A stretch of DNA of 64,000 nucleotides from Anthoceros angustus. Lineage: Eukaryota; Plantae; Anthocerotophyta. Under the pieces are notes generated by a model that ran no database searches, had not been told where the DNA came from, and saw nothing but the letters and a program-made list of their open reading frames with translations. Shown here piece after piece: positions 35,891 to 49,639 of this stretch; position 1 is the first letter of the stretch, and the number at the start of each line of letters is the position of its first letter. A program made the position numbers and the translations under genes. The DNA is taken from contig VJWM01000126.1 of assembly GCA_010909165.1 (NCBI GenBank), positions 682,001 to 746,000 on the forward strand, given 5' to 3'.

Positions 35891-38800
35891 TACAAATTTG
35901 TCGATTTCTTTGCCTGCATCCTCCAAGAAAGTACTCTTCACGTACATGCCGGAATAGGTGCTGTATTGATGATCAAAAAATACTTCGGCCTCAGCATTTG
36001 TCGTGATATAGCATGATGTAACTTGCGCTGATCCAGGTCTGTTGTGCTTGAACGCACTTTACAAATGCCAATCGGCACGACCTGGCCTTCACCATCTAAC
36101 CTACAGTTTGAAGGGCCACTTGTTCATCTCAAGAATCTCCCAATCCTGTCTAGGCTTTGCTTTTCTTGCCGTTTGTTGCAACAAAATAATCCGTCTTGTG
36201 CTGAGCTATCAAGCTCAACTCCTTGGGGTTTCAACGTTCACAGCGATTGATCGCTGATGGTAAGAAGTATCAGCCGAGAATCAGGTTTGTCCGTGGACCC
36301 ACTTTTGGCAAGAGCTGGAAAACTCATGCCGAAATCATCCTTCCTTTAGAAGGTTGTGCACATCAGGACCGGCCAGTTGACGTGACCCCAGGGCAACCAC
36401 ATGGATCTAGCATGCATTCTATCACATGCAAACCATGTTTGGTTGAAACCGGTGTAAAGAAAAGAAGCATTTCATTTTTAATTCATGGTCATAAGAGTCC
36501 CACATGGCATTGCATAGTTGAACGAAGTACTTTACTTGGTAGTGTAATATAAAGTTTTTTGAAATGCTAGCTTTCTGAATACAAAGAGATGAAACAAAAT
36601 TCATCCATTACACAATACTTTAAAGGAAGACTATAAAATCACGATGCATGTCCTTTCAAATATTGATTTGACGTTACATACGCACTACTGCTATATTCCG
36701 GCTCTAATATCATATGATTGTAGGATATGTACAAGAAGGGCTCGATTGGGAGGCTCTCAATCCCTATAAGTTGATGCAATTCATTCATGGCCAGCTGGGG
36801 AGTAGGGGAGTGAGAAACATTAAAAGTTGAAATAACATTTGTCGGGGTGATATTTATTGAGGGTAGATTGTACTAGGTAGTCATGTACGTATGTACATAT
36901 TATATTACGTATGGACAAATGTACGTATATTGCTTCACCACTGCTCTATATGGTGATCGCCTTACATGTAAAATTTTCTGTCGAGAGCCAAAGGAACAAC
37001 TTTACAACATTTGAACATCAAAGTTTCGCGGCATCTTTGAGAATCCTGAGCTTCATGGTGGCTTGAACCATGCGACACTAGGTTGTTTTAAAGAGAAGCT
37101 CAACCTTCATACGCAAGCATCCCCTTGCCGCTTCACCAGTATAGTCTGTTTTACAATATCAACTCTTATTCATGTGGAAGAATCAAAACGATTGATAACA
37201 CAAATTACCCCTCTAGAAAATACTATATAGTAATATAAATTAGTTATCAGGGTTGAACAACACGAAGAAGAGTTTTAAATTCGAATGATCGGTTCTTGAC
37301 ACTAATCACCCCTCTAGCTATTATTATATGGTAGTATTATAAATTAGTTCCTTTTATAGGTAATATTATATATCACAATCGGCAAGAAACTCATCCAAGC
37401 AGTTGTCCACCCTAGGATGGTGCACCCAAATTCTATTGAGTAATCTCTATGGTATGTGTTAGAAAACATATATCATTGTCTTTATCTTTCTTCATCTTTA
37501 TGATGCAATCATTGTTTCATTGACACAGACAAAGTACTTGGCATTGCAACATCTGGCGGCATTGGTCCTTGTATGCAATTGTTAACTTCGTGAGGCTAAG
37601 TTTCGCATTGAGGAGGTTCTAAAACACGTTGCTATGAAGTACCGCTCCTGTGGGCACATATGAAGCAAATTTCCATCTAACATTCTCATCTAAGATTCTT
37701 GGTTGAATGAATTCTCTGCAAGCACGAGGTAAAATTCCATCTTAGAACATGGGCTGAACGAGTTCTCTGCAAGCATAGGTAAACCACAATGCCTCATTTC
37801 AAACCAACACCAGCCTTGTCCGTCAACTCAGCTCTGACCAGTCACAAAACCCATCGAATTAAATGTGACATAACGGATAAGTATTACAGAGTAGGAAGCA
37901 GAGTAGGAGGTGATGGTTATGGCCTACGATGTTACTTGCGAAATAGGAAAGTGTAATGGCTGTGGCCTACGGTGTCGTCGCTGAGTTACGGTACGCTTGA
38001 CTCCGCCCGGGGAGTTGTGTGCGGGAGACCACTGAATTGAATCAGAAATGTGTAGGTAAAAGGAAAGGGGTATGGAATGATTCCGGCTGCGCTCACACAG
38101 GACGTGGTGGAGCCGGTTTTTCATTCCCGGGCACGAACCTGGTTTTGCGAGGGCCAGCGGCCGCGTTCCGCAATGGGGGAGGCGCATGCTGCTTAAGCGG
38201 CGGGGTACAGGATAATTTATTCTAGTGCGTTTGGAGGATGCAACTGGGAGCGGTGCCGCAAGTGCATCCTGTAACAGACGAGACGGCGACGGTGTCCGAG
38301 GAGGGAGAGATGGATTGTTATGTGTGGAAGAGGAAGAAGCATGAAGAAGGATTTTTATTTTCAGTAGCTTGAGTTTGTGGAGGAGCATGGCTGGCGGCCA
38401 CATGGGCTTGGCTTCTCCATAGCAGTGCAAGCGCGTCCCAGGGTGGAGCGGATCTGCGAGTCGCGACTCGCATGGACCCGGTTGGCGCGCTGCCAGTGGG
38501 ACTTCCTTTGCCAAATCGCTTGTCGAGAGCCATATCTGGAAGTGCTCTGCGTGGAAGACAAGCATCCCAAACTCTGGATGAGCAACAGCTGTGATTATTC
38601 TTCCCGGTTCAATGAATGCGTGTACCTGAAGGGTGACAGTTTCTCGGTGGCACGCACGTCCAGCGTTGATTCCACCCATTTCCGCTGAGAAGGAGATGCC
38701 TGCAAAGCTTGGCCACACGCACGCATTATCTTCAAATATGTGCCAATGTGGCAACCTTTTCGACTTCGTATCAATCCAGTATTTGGAACTGTACAAGGCT

Positions 38801-38923
38801 GCGAGTGTCCGTACCCAATCCAGTGAGTGGGGGGAATGGTGCCAACCAACATGCATCTACAAGATAAATCATTCCCACCTTACCAGGAGAAAGCGCAAAA
38901 GCGGTCACTACTTTCAGAGATAT

Positions 38924-41900
38924 TTACACATCGTACACAGACATTCTCTCTGCAATTGAACTTCTACAGACTGGGCAGAATTTACATTTCTCCGAGCAGA
39001 AGCTGCATCAAGAAAGAAGAAACGGCGTTATCAGCCCACAATTGTCTTATGGAGTTGGGATTCCTTTAAAAAACACGTAACTTAAGTCAACGCAAGAGGA
39101 GAAGACCTGCACAGGATGCGGTGTCGACAAGGAAGGAGAACAACAGCAATCTCTCGTTCAAAGCATATCCTGCATAGAACCTTTTCCTGGACGAGCAGAA
39201 TGTATGAGTAGTCCTCCGCACAACAAGCTGGACATGTTTGAATTAGAATAGCATGCCGCAACTTTCAGGAGAACCTAGGGAGCACAATCCATAAAGCTTA
39301 CATTCTGGAGCCGGTCGAACTCCTGCTGTTGATGCTTGGATATCTCAGCTTGCTCGCCCAGAGCAGCTTGCAGTCTCCATACCTGTGTTCAAGCACATGT
39401 CCACAGCTGATGCCCAGACTCCCAACAAGTCAAAATCTAGTCAGGGTACTGCTGCCATACCTCCTCCGCCAGGTCCTTTCTTGGCATTTTCTTAACCACC
39501 TCCGGTGCAAGCCCAGAAAAGGTGTTGTAGCTAAATGTCACAACAGAAACCAGTTAACACACCCAAAGAATGAACCACAGGAGGAAGTTAAAAAAGAAAA
39601 CATTATAGCATACTTGGTTGAATCCGCACTGCTTAGCAGCCGTGCATGATCTTCTCTGCTGGAAGCATCAATTGACCACCATCCAAGCAATCTGTCCCAC
39701 AATAATCCTGTCATGAGAAGCCTGCAATGTCACACCCTTCACTTCGGTCACAAGACCTCGTCACCTCACCTGGAGCCTTGCTGAAGGAATCCACAACACT
39801 CAAATGCTTGGGCCAACAACATGGCAGGGTAGCTTCTTGGCCCTTCCCCGGTTGGGAGAAGCAGCAATACGTTCTCCATTAAGTGCAGGAGGGCAATCAG
39901 GACAGCCACTCCTTGCACCAAAAGGATTGGGGAGAAGATCAAAGCCACCGAGAAGTGCTTTGCACTGGCCGGTGTTCCCTACAACACACTTGCACATGTG
40001 AGAACAAGGTTCACGCACAGCATAACTCACAACACCAATAGATGGTTGGAAAGCAATTACCTCAAGTCGCATGCATAACAGCACTTGGAACACAATGACA
40101 GGCACTTTTAGAAGATGACCCCCAATCTCCTGTCGACCACAAACTCCTTCTGAAGCATCATCCTCATCCATTAATGAGACCCTGGCTTGCCCTTCCTCGT
40201 CTGCTCCTCTAGATGTTGAGGAGACCAGTGAGCTTATTGATGCTGCTTGCCCACTTTCAGTCTGAATTGAAGGATTTGACCACTTTGTGCAGACCAGGAA
40301 AGAGAAACACTGTGCAATGCTGCAGGCAGCAAAAAAGTCAAATACATAACAGAAATGACAACAGGAGGAGGAAGAATTACGATACATTGCCATGCAAGCA
40401 CTAAGCACTCACCCAAAGTTTATGAACAAGTCCCACCACCCAAGCGCTCCCACGTCTCCTGAGAAAAAAAAGGACATGCCCATCAATGCCAGTCTCTAGC
40501 ATGCACAACATAACTGTGACATGTTATGAGCGGCAGACGAATCATGTTCAAGGTGAGAGGCTGACCACTGAGCTTCAGAAGAGTGAACATAGTAGCAGCG
40601 ATGAAAAAGACCATAGATACTGCCACCCAAAAATACTGCACCACAAATGGTGATGCCTTGGATCAAAGTGAAATGAACCAGAAAACACACCAAAAGAAGC
40701 CATTAACAAACAGGAGTTCATGGTTAGCAATTGAGAAAACTGGACTTGTGTGTAACAGCTCTCTTCAATGCACCAGCCAGAACTTTAGTCACTATAAACC
40801 AACAAGAATTCACGTCTACTGTGAAAAGCAACAATCCAGTGTACAAAAAGCCTCAAAATGATTCACAGGAAAACCGGATGGCCAAGAGGTCCTTACTGGA
40901 AGTGTTTCCCAAATTGCTTCATCTGTCATGCTTTCCTCATCCCCAGGCATTAGAGCCCTGCACATCCTGCATACACCCTTGTTCATCATCAAGAGAGACT
41001 CGGCCTGACAGACAAGTATACCCAAAGCAAAGTAACCAACCTGAAGTTGTCGACCAGGACAACAGCCTCAAAGACCAGCAGAGGCAGAAACACCAATTTA
41101 AGACTAATTGCCCCTGATCCATATTCTGCACAGGACGGTGTAGACATCAAATAAATTATCCAGAATGTTGTCATTTCTGCTGCTATTTAGTAGTCAGAGA
41201 CCAGCCTTCTTCACCACGTTCCACACAACCAGACTGATTCGAGGTTACAGGCTCTAAACTGTTCAAATGGAGATATAAACAAGTTTAACTGACTGGATAA
41301 GTGTGGGTTTTCACTTAAAAGCAAGAGACGACAGTTCTGCTTTGTCTGCTCACAGTGCCCTATTCTTCACTGACAGTGCCTTCGTCCCCGTCAAGTGGAA
41401 GACCTCAGAAAATGAGGACATCTTGCATCACTCAGGGGAGTCATATGGACGATCTGAACACACTAAGCTAGCCAACCTCCTGTCAAATCTATGCAAAAGC
41501 ATCCAAGTATGAAATCCAAGTCATCCAAGTTCCAAGTATCCAATCAAGTTGTACTTCCCACAACTGCTCCAAGCTGAGATGACATGCTGTTAACCGATAC
41601 AAGCAGCAATCTTGACATACCTTCATGGCTGACGAGGTAGCAACAAAGCAGTGTTTCAAATGAAACAATAAGAGGAACTGCAACAACCGAATGGCATGGT
41701 GCCCACTGCAAAACAAGCACATGTTCTTAGAGGACAACCACCTGCCGAATCAGGACCGTAAACAAGGCCTCCCAAAGCGCAAGATGCACAAGCAATCTGG
41801 CACTTGGCTCATGCAGAATACTTACATGACGGTCATGCGGCACAGATGGAGCCGGCAGAGAAAACCGTCCCCTTATAACAACCGCATGGAAAATGAACAG

Positions 41901-42199
41901 TGGTAGAAAGACCCACCTACATACACGAACGAGTAGACAAAGTCACCAACAATATTTTCAGCCGACTAACACACAAGCCCAGACACTTCAAACATGACCT
42001 AAAGGCCTAAAGCCACGGCACTCCACTCATAGGACTCCCTGCAACTTGAAACTGCAACAGCAGGGTAGCCGACATACCACCAGGAATGTTCGAAGTGGCC
42101 TCCGAGCTTCACCACCAAAAGACTCGTGAAACAAAGTAGCGAACCGTGTGCAGCAACAGCCTGCACTGAACCCAGAATTCTGGTCCAGGACATGGCCAT
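38924..42199 (-). CDS. Transmembrane Fragile-X-F/TMEM185-domain RING (C3HC4) E3 ubiquitin ligase, multi-exon
   Basis: Spliced exons: MAMSWTRILGSVQAVAAHGSLLCFTSLL, FHAVVIRGRFSLPAPSVPHDRH, WAPCHSVVAVPL, MCRALMPGDEESMTDEAIWETLP, ALGWWDLFINFG, CGRQEIGGHLLKVP, LLGWWSIDASSRE, VWRLQAALGEQ, EKVLCRICFEREIAVVLLPCRHRILC|SFCSEKCKFCPVCR..VYDV*. Confidence 0.92.
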
Positions 42200-43239
42200 G
42201 CCTGCACGATTTCAGTGGAATCACAATTCTCCGTATACTCTGGCAAGACGACTTGGGAGGAACACGGCACCCGACCGTGCCATCATGCACGTCCTCTTAC
42301 TTATCCACCACTCGGAACCCTAGAAATGAACTCCAGCGCTCTTCATTTCCACACTCAACCTCACGACCTCTCCTGAGCTGGTAATAGTATCGGCTCATCA
42401 AACACCTTCTTGTCCCCCATTCCTCCACCTCCTTCCTGGCAACCACAACCCCAACCCTCACCCCGCGATCAAACCCCGCCAACCCCAGCCCCTACCTCAA
42501 ACCCCTTCAAGCTCCCCCGACCCAATTTCATCCACACCTAATTTCCTAACCCTCTCCGTCTCCGATGAGTCATGAACCCGCGCCCTCCCCCACGCCTGGC
42601 CTCCCGATCCCCCGCTCTTCCCCCGGACCGCAGAAGCTTCCCCGGCGAGCAGTCCCTGCCACCACAATTGCGCAGCTCCGGCCACATCCGGGTCCCCCTG
42701 CCAATCCCCTCCCCCGACTCCAGCCCCCGACCGGCAGGTTCTTTCCTTCTGCTTCTTGAAGAGCATGCAACCTCGCACCAAACCACACCACGCCACAGTC
42801 ACACCAACACCAACACCACACCAACAGACTGCCACACCGAATGCCTCTGCCGGAAGCCGCGCTACCGATGGAATTGGCGTGGAATTGGAAAGGGCGCGAA
42901 AGCCTAACGCGATTCCCCGGCGAGGATGCGGCCCCCGTCAGAGATGCGATACGGGTGGATAGCAGATTCTGTGTCAGAAGGCCCCGGGGGGCAGACTCGC
43001 GATTCCTCCGCCCTCGCAGCCATTTTTCGGCGGCCAAGCCCTCTCTCTCACGTCAGCACTGCAGGCCTCCGCCCGGTCTGCTGCTCCCTTGCCACCTTTC
43101 CTTAAAACCGGTGCAAACTGGGGAATTCTTGGCCTGCCGCTATGTCTGGCGACGTGGATTCATATTTTCCGGTTACGTTGCATGTAAGCGTAAAGCTTTT
43201 CTTAAAAGAAAAAGAGGAGATGGGTGAACATGTCGAGAC

Positions 43240-44960
43240 TTTATAAAAAGAACGAGATGGGAAATCTCACCTATCCCGAGGCCAAAGGGGACAACCCACG
43301 ACGGGGCACTAGGCCATGGGGCATGTCTCCGCATTAATCTACTCTATAACTCCCAATAGTCCCCAAGATATTGCCGTCCTATATAGGAAAGGGTTCAATT
43401 ATCTATGGTGTCGTCGATGTCATGTCTCCAGCACTCGTAATCGTCCTAAAGATGGCACTGGCCAATGCGCTTTGCAGGGCGATGGAAACCCGTTACGTGA
43501 ATTATGCCACGACACTGGAAAGGGGGAGGCCAACCCCGCCCCTGTCGTTGAGGTAGGCCCTTGCGCACTCCTTGATGAAACGAGAGAAAACCTTACCCAA
43601 GGCCCCATGGGTTTCAATGGCAAGGGGGATAGAAATGTGACCTTGATGCATGGACCAGAACTTGTAAATTTTCTTAGTTGCGCTCCCTTCCGCCACCCAA
43701 CCTGGAGGGTTGATGGTGACATGGTCGCTAATAGAGTCTCTCGTTGGGTCAATGACAACCACGTCCGCAACCGAGACCTCGTCCCCCCGCGTCAAGAAAA
43801 GGTCAGCTTTGATAGAGACGCCACTGAGCAGAGTATATTGCCGCTCCTTGAAAGGAAAGAAACCACTCTCCTTGGCCATCGAGAATATGAAGTCTCGGAC
43901 GGCGTCGTGTGTAGCAATACGCTGTCCACCCATTGGACAACGCGCTAAGTGGGCCCCAGGGTCGTCGATGGAGGCCCCAAAGCAGCACGCCGGAAGAGAT
44001 TAGGCTAGTGGTTGGACCAGACCCAGGCGAAAACTCATCGCGGTACAAAAAGAGGCTGATGCGATTTGGAATGCCTAGATGCAAGGGCGGGCCAGAAGTT
44101 AGGAACCTACACCCTTTCCTGAGCAAGAGCAAAGGCGAGCTCTAGTGGGACGAGGAATAGATGAATCCAGAAGAAGACCCTGCAGCACGTGCCCATAATG
44201 CTTCTCCTGGAGAGAAGCTTGCAACCCCCAAAGCCCGTCTGCGAGAAACGAGGAAAAAGAAGGCATGGCTTTCTTGGCCGGAGGGAGTAAGTGGTCCCTA
44301 GCCAACCATAGGGACTCTTGGAGGGGGAAGCACCCCTTCTCAACTCCTGTGACGAAATTCTCCAAAATGCTGCTATCTCAGATAAGGAAGCGAGAGGCCA
44401 AAATGAGGGTCGAGAGGACCCAGCTTCCTAGAAAAGCCGCTGGCGCTGAGGTCTCCATGGCCAAAAGACCTGGGCCACCAAAAGCGACAGGAAGGGACAC
44501 CTGTCGCCGAGCAAGGACTGTAGCCGCACATTTGAAGGAACGTGGCCCAATAATGTCCCCCAGAGACTGCATAACCAGCTTGTCGAAATCCCCAAGTCGA
44601 GAAATAAAAACTGGAGAGGTGGGGACAGTGCGAATGAGGTACCCAAGGCGGCGCGCGAAGCAGGAAGAGAGGATGCCAAAGGCCACCTGAGGGTCGCCCA
44701 ACTTAGAGAGGTCGTCGATGTGCGCAAGATCCTGTTTCAATGCAGCATCCACAAATTCCCATATAAAGCCCGGGGGCTCGGACTCCAAGGACCCGTAACC
44801 CCTGTGGAGAATCAATATCCCCCTCGAGATAATGAAGAGGGGGCCTAATATCGGACGGGGACCAAACCTTGCACTTTAAGATCTTGACGTTCATGCCAAG
44901 GCGAGAAAGCTCCAAGGAGAAGGGGTCGAAAGCATCTTTGACTTTGTCCACGGCCCAAGG
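43240..44960 (-). mobile_element. 5'-truncated RLE-type (CRE-like) non-LTR retrotransposon, copy A
   Basis: RT end (LSRLGMNVKILKCKVWSP), thumb LPVAFGGPGL, RARLCSCSGKG, CCHC-like ..HLARCPMGGQRIATHDAVRD, restriction-like endonuclease KADL..VADVVVIDP..KK..IPLAIETHGALG; frameshifted. Confidence 0.8.
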
Positions 44961-46130
44961 ATTGCATGATATGCTTTGGCACAAGACTTCTATATTTATC
45001 AAAGTCTAGAATAACCAGCACCCATAAGTCTCCAATGCAAGTGGAATAAAGAAGTGGCCAGTCTATAGTCTCCTATACTTCTTAACCTTGGTAGACACTG
45101 CTCCAATTATAGCCCAACTTGGACGGTTTAGTAATCTGCTGATGTGGATTCCTATGTAGGGTCAATAACCACCACGTATGCCACAGAGACTTGGTCACCC
45201 TGGACGAGGTACAAGTCAGCCCTGACCGTCCACCCTTTACTTAAGACATACCAACGCTCTTTTCAAGCATATAACCAGTTTCACGAGCCATTACAAACAT
45301 AATGTCACGAATTGCATCATTGATGGCAACATATTGACTCCATTTGGACAACGAGCAAGATGCGTCTTAGATGCATCCAGGGCAGAGCCACGTTCACAAG
45401 TAAGAAGTAATGACGCCTCTAGTTGAACCAAGCCCAGACGGAAGCGCATCGCTGTAGTGAAGGTTACAGGCGTAATATAAAATATTGCTTATATGCATGC
45501 ACAAGCCAATAGCCAAGCTCTTGTGCTCTTCCCAGAACAAGATCGAAGATAAGTTCTTGAGGCCCTTCGAATAAAAGGGTCCAAAAGGATAGATTGGATA
45601 GCCTGGCTGAGTTGGTTGTCAAACAAGGATGCTTGCAACCCCCTAAAACCATTGATGAGGAAGGTCTTGAAGAGAGGGAGAAATTGCATGCCTTGATTCC
45701 ATTGATAACATGTCCTTGGCTTGCCTCAGGGACACTTAAGGGAGGGTTCCCTTGTTCTTCTCAACTCCTGATAGACAGTTCTCTAAAAAGGACTTGTCGT
45801 GAAGTAAGAAACGAGAGGGAGGGCGGTAGAAAGAGTTAAATCAACTCACTAAGGATTGGAAGTGAACTAAATAACGTTAATCTACCTCATTGAGAGGGGA
45901 GCTTATCCTTACCAAGATGGTCCACTATTGGCGAAAGGTCGCCATGGTAGGGCGACGCACTTGAGAGTGAATCCACTCCACCATAGTTGCTAAAGATTAT
46001 TAGATAGGATGCCTTTGAGGGAGATAAAATGTTTTTATCTAAGGCTCTCATTTGGACAAAGAGGAATCTTCCAAAGGATTTGCAAGGAAAGAACGGGTGA
46101 TCTCGTCTGCCTCTTTGACGGTACAAATCA
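44960..46130 (-). mobile_element. Second, more degraded RLE-type non-LTR retrotransposon fragment, copy B
   Basis: Minus-strand remnants: SCSGK, ASKTHLARCPNG, NDAIRDIMF and HFFIPLALETYG. Confidence 0.7.
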
Positions 46131-46773
46131 ATTGAGCAGTAGCTTATAATAATAAGTTACTGACAACCGACACCTCACGATGATGCCCTGCCTATGCACA
46201 GCGATGCCCTCGGCCCCCTCTCAACGGCCAATACATAATACATAAAAGATCATTGATTTTAATGTCTTAGAGAATGTGTGGTAACTAGACACCGCCATAT
46301 CGCGATTGGTGAGATAAAGGTTGAGATGAGGTGTTGGAAGTGATTTTGGAATTCTCATCATCGTTTTGTTGTGAAGCTCTCTATCATTGTTTTATTGTGA
46401 GACTCTTGAAATGACTTAGACACATGTACAAAAACGTGCTAATTAAGCATCTTGCGCTTCGATCGATACTTAGATGGGGTGCCTATAGGGAGTAGATGCT
46501 CTTGGCGCTAGTAGCCTAGGCACACCATGGTATAAATTGTCAATTACCAAGTCCCATGATAGTCCCTCCTATGAAGCGCGAAGATCCTACCCTCCAGGAC
46601 AGGCCTATTGTGACCCTCCACGAGAGCCTTGGTTCCCTCTACAAATTTCTTTGAGGCAAGGCCACATGTGCGGTAAGTTTTCTTTCCTTCCTTTCATGGT
46701 TTTCTTTCCTTCCTTCCACGGCTTTCCTCATTGATGGTTTTTGGGGGTTGCAAGTGTCAAGAAGCACTCGGCA

Positions 46774-49115
46774 GATTTTGGGAAGGGTGCAAAGGGGTCA
46801 ATGTATCGTCATATTCGCGATGTCATGTTTGTCATAGTTCGCAAGAGCGGCTATTGGCTTGGAGGAATCGTCATAGTCATCGTCATAGTCAGGCCCTCCA
46901 AGCTAATAGCCAATTTCGCGAGAACGGCTCCTGCGCCGCTCTTGCGAGAGCCTATTATGCCCGCCGGCATGAAGCGGGGCTTTCCCTTTCATACTTCATG
47001 GCATTCTTTAGAAAGCGTGTTTCCATTGCCCTTCAATGGGCACTCGCTATGGTGATCCTCTCAAAGCAGCGACAACAGATGATGCATCCTCCTCTTCCTC
47101 TGTAGTGTGTAGGATCTTCCTGCATATGATAGGGAGCTTAGTTGTTCTTTTTTACCTCGACCATCTAGGCCTCTCTTGGATGGGTTCTCTTCATTTTTTC
47201 CCTTCAATAAAACACGACTTCTGGTTTCCACCAAAGGCGCCCTTTTCGACGACGGATCCCCATGATAGAGATGATAGAGGCTCTATCACAATAATGGAAG
47301 AAGAAGAAGCATAATTTTATTTAAGTCCATTAAAGACGAATTTATGGGACTTGCTTAGTACTTGAAAACTTGTACCATAGTGTGCCTAAGCTACTAGCAC
47401 CAAGGGCACCCATTCCCTCTGGGCATCCCATCCAAGTATCGATCGAAGCGCATAACCAGGATGTTCTTATAAATGTGTGTCCACTTGGCCTAAGAAAAAA
47501 AGATAAATGTGTGTCCACTTGGCCTAAGAAAAGAAGTGTATTATAGTTTTCGATTTTGGGAAGGGTGCAAAGGGGTCAATGTATCGTCATATTCGCGATG
47601 TCATGTTTGTCATAGTTCAAGAGCGGCTATTGGCTTGGAGGAATCGTCATAGTCATCGTCATAGTCGGGCCCTCCAAGCTAATAGCCAATGCGAGAACGG
47701 CTCTGCGCCGCGCTCTTGCGAGAGCCTATTATGCCGCCGGCATGAAGCGGGGCTTTCCCTTTCATACTTCATGGCATTCTTTAGAAAGCGTGTTTCCATT
47801 GCCTTCAATGGGCACTCGCTATGGTGATCCTCTCAAAGCGACAACGGATGATGCATCCTCCTCTTCCTCCGTAGTGTGTAGGATCTTCCCGCATATGATA
47901 GGGAGCTTAGTTGTTCTTTTTACCTCGACCATCTAGGCCTCTCTTGGATGGGTTCTCTTCATTTTTCCTTCAATAAAACACGACTTCTGGTTTCCACCAA
48001 AGGCGCCCGACAAAGATCTGGATCCCCATGATAGAGATGATAGAGGCTCTATCACAATAATGGAAGAAGAAGAAGCATAATTTTATTTAAGTCCATTAAA
48101 GACGAATTTATGGGACTTGCTTAGTACTTGAAAACTTGTACCATAGTGTGCCTAAGCTACTAGCACCAAGGGCACCCATTCCCTCTGGGCATCCCATCCA
48201 AGTATCGATCGAAGCGCATAACCAGGATGTTCTTATAAATGTGTGTCCACTTGGCCTAAGAAAAAAAGATAAATGTGTGTCCACTTGGCCTAAGAAAAGA
48301 AGTGTATTATAGTTTTCGATTTTTGGGAAGGGTGCAAAGGGGTCAATGTATCGTCATATTCGCGATGTCATGTTTGTCATAGTTCAAGAGCGGCTATTGG
48401 CTTGGAGGAATCGTCATAGTCATCGTCATAGTCAGGCCCTCCAAGCTAATAGCCAATTTCGCGAGAACGGCTCCTGCGCCGCTCTTGCGAGAGCCTATTA
48501 TGCCCGCCGGCATGAAGCGGGGCTTTCCCTTTCATACTTCATGGCATTCTTTAGAAAGCGTGTTTCCATTGCCCTTCAATGGGCACTCGCTATGGTGATC
48601 CTCTCAAAGCAGCGACAACAGATGATGCATCCTCCTCTTCCTCTGTAGTGTGTAGGATCTTCCTGCATATGATAGGGAGCTTAGTTGTTCTTTTTTACCT
48701 CGACCATCTAGGCCTCTCTTGGATGGGTTCTCTTCATTTTTTCCCTTCAATAAAACACGTACTTCCTGGTTTCCACCAGTGCGCCCGCACTCGACAGCAT
48801 CTGGATCCCCATGATAGAGATGATAGAGGCTCTATCACAATAATGGAAGAAGAAGAAGCATAATTTTATTTAAGTCCATTAAAGACGAATTTATGGGACT
48901 TGCTTAGTACTTGAAAACTTGTACCATAGTGTGCCTAAGCTACTAGCACCAAGGGCACCCATTCCCTCTGGGCATCCCATCCAAGTATCGATCGAAGCGC
49001 ATAACCAGGATGTTCTTATAAATGTGTGTCCACTTGGCCTAAGAAAAAAAAGATAAATGTGTGTCCACTTGGCCTAAGAAAAAAAGAAGTGTATTATAGT
49101 TTTCGATTTTTTGGG
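46774..49115 (+). repeat. Tandem array of three ~770-790 bp chimeric units (RLE-retrotransposon 3' end + inverted SINE-like end)
   Basis: Units start at 46774, 47552 and 48318 with gattttggga. Each encodes HIRDVMFVIV and YFMAFFRKRVSIALQWALAMVIL, then caataaaa, then the (GAA)n-headed element in reverse orientation. Confidence 0.9.
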
Positions 49116-49639
49116 ACCATCGAAGGAGAAAAGAATAAGGAAGGGAAGGGGAAGAGAGGATGACCATGCCATGGTGCGTGACCGTGTCAATGGGCCCCAA
49201 ACCCGCCCACCTGATTTCATTGATCCGCCGTGTTGTACTGATGTGAGAAGACGTGATGACCATCCGTTCGTCATGCTGCAAAGACTCCACAAGGCAACTA
49301 CGGATGGAATGGTGAAGGTTTCCGAGGTCGCAGCGGTTTCCCCACGGTCTTTGTTTTACACTGTGCGGGAACTCTCTGTAGCGAAGGAAACCTTGAAATA
49401 GCAAAGGAAAACTTGAAACACTTAGAACAAGCCCTGATGTCGTGGCCGGCAGGCAGTCTTTTAGGCTGGGGCCTGCAAAGCTTGCCTTCTTGTTGATGAA
49501 CCCTGAAATGCCCACAGGCAGGATGGTGATGGAGAATGTATGTCGTCCCCGTTCGTACAGGGAGTGCTAGCGGAATGCTCCTCTCGTTTGTTTCTTGAAA
49601 GCGCTTTCTACGACCGCCTGATTGCCTGTATCTGCAAGA

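Noticed and set aside
49120-49620. Possible retroelement RT fragment
   Set aside because: No convincing catalytic motif in any frame.
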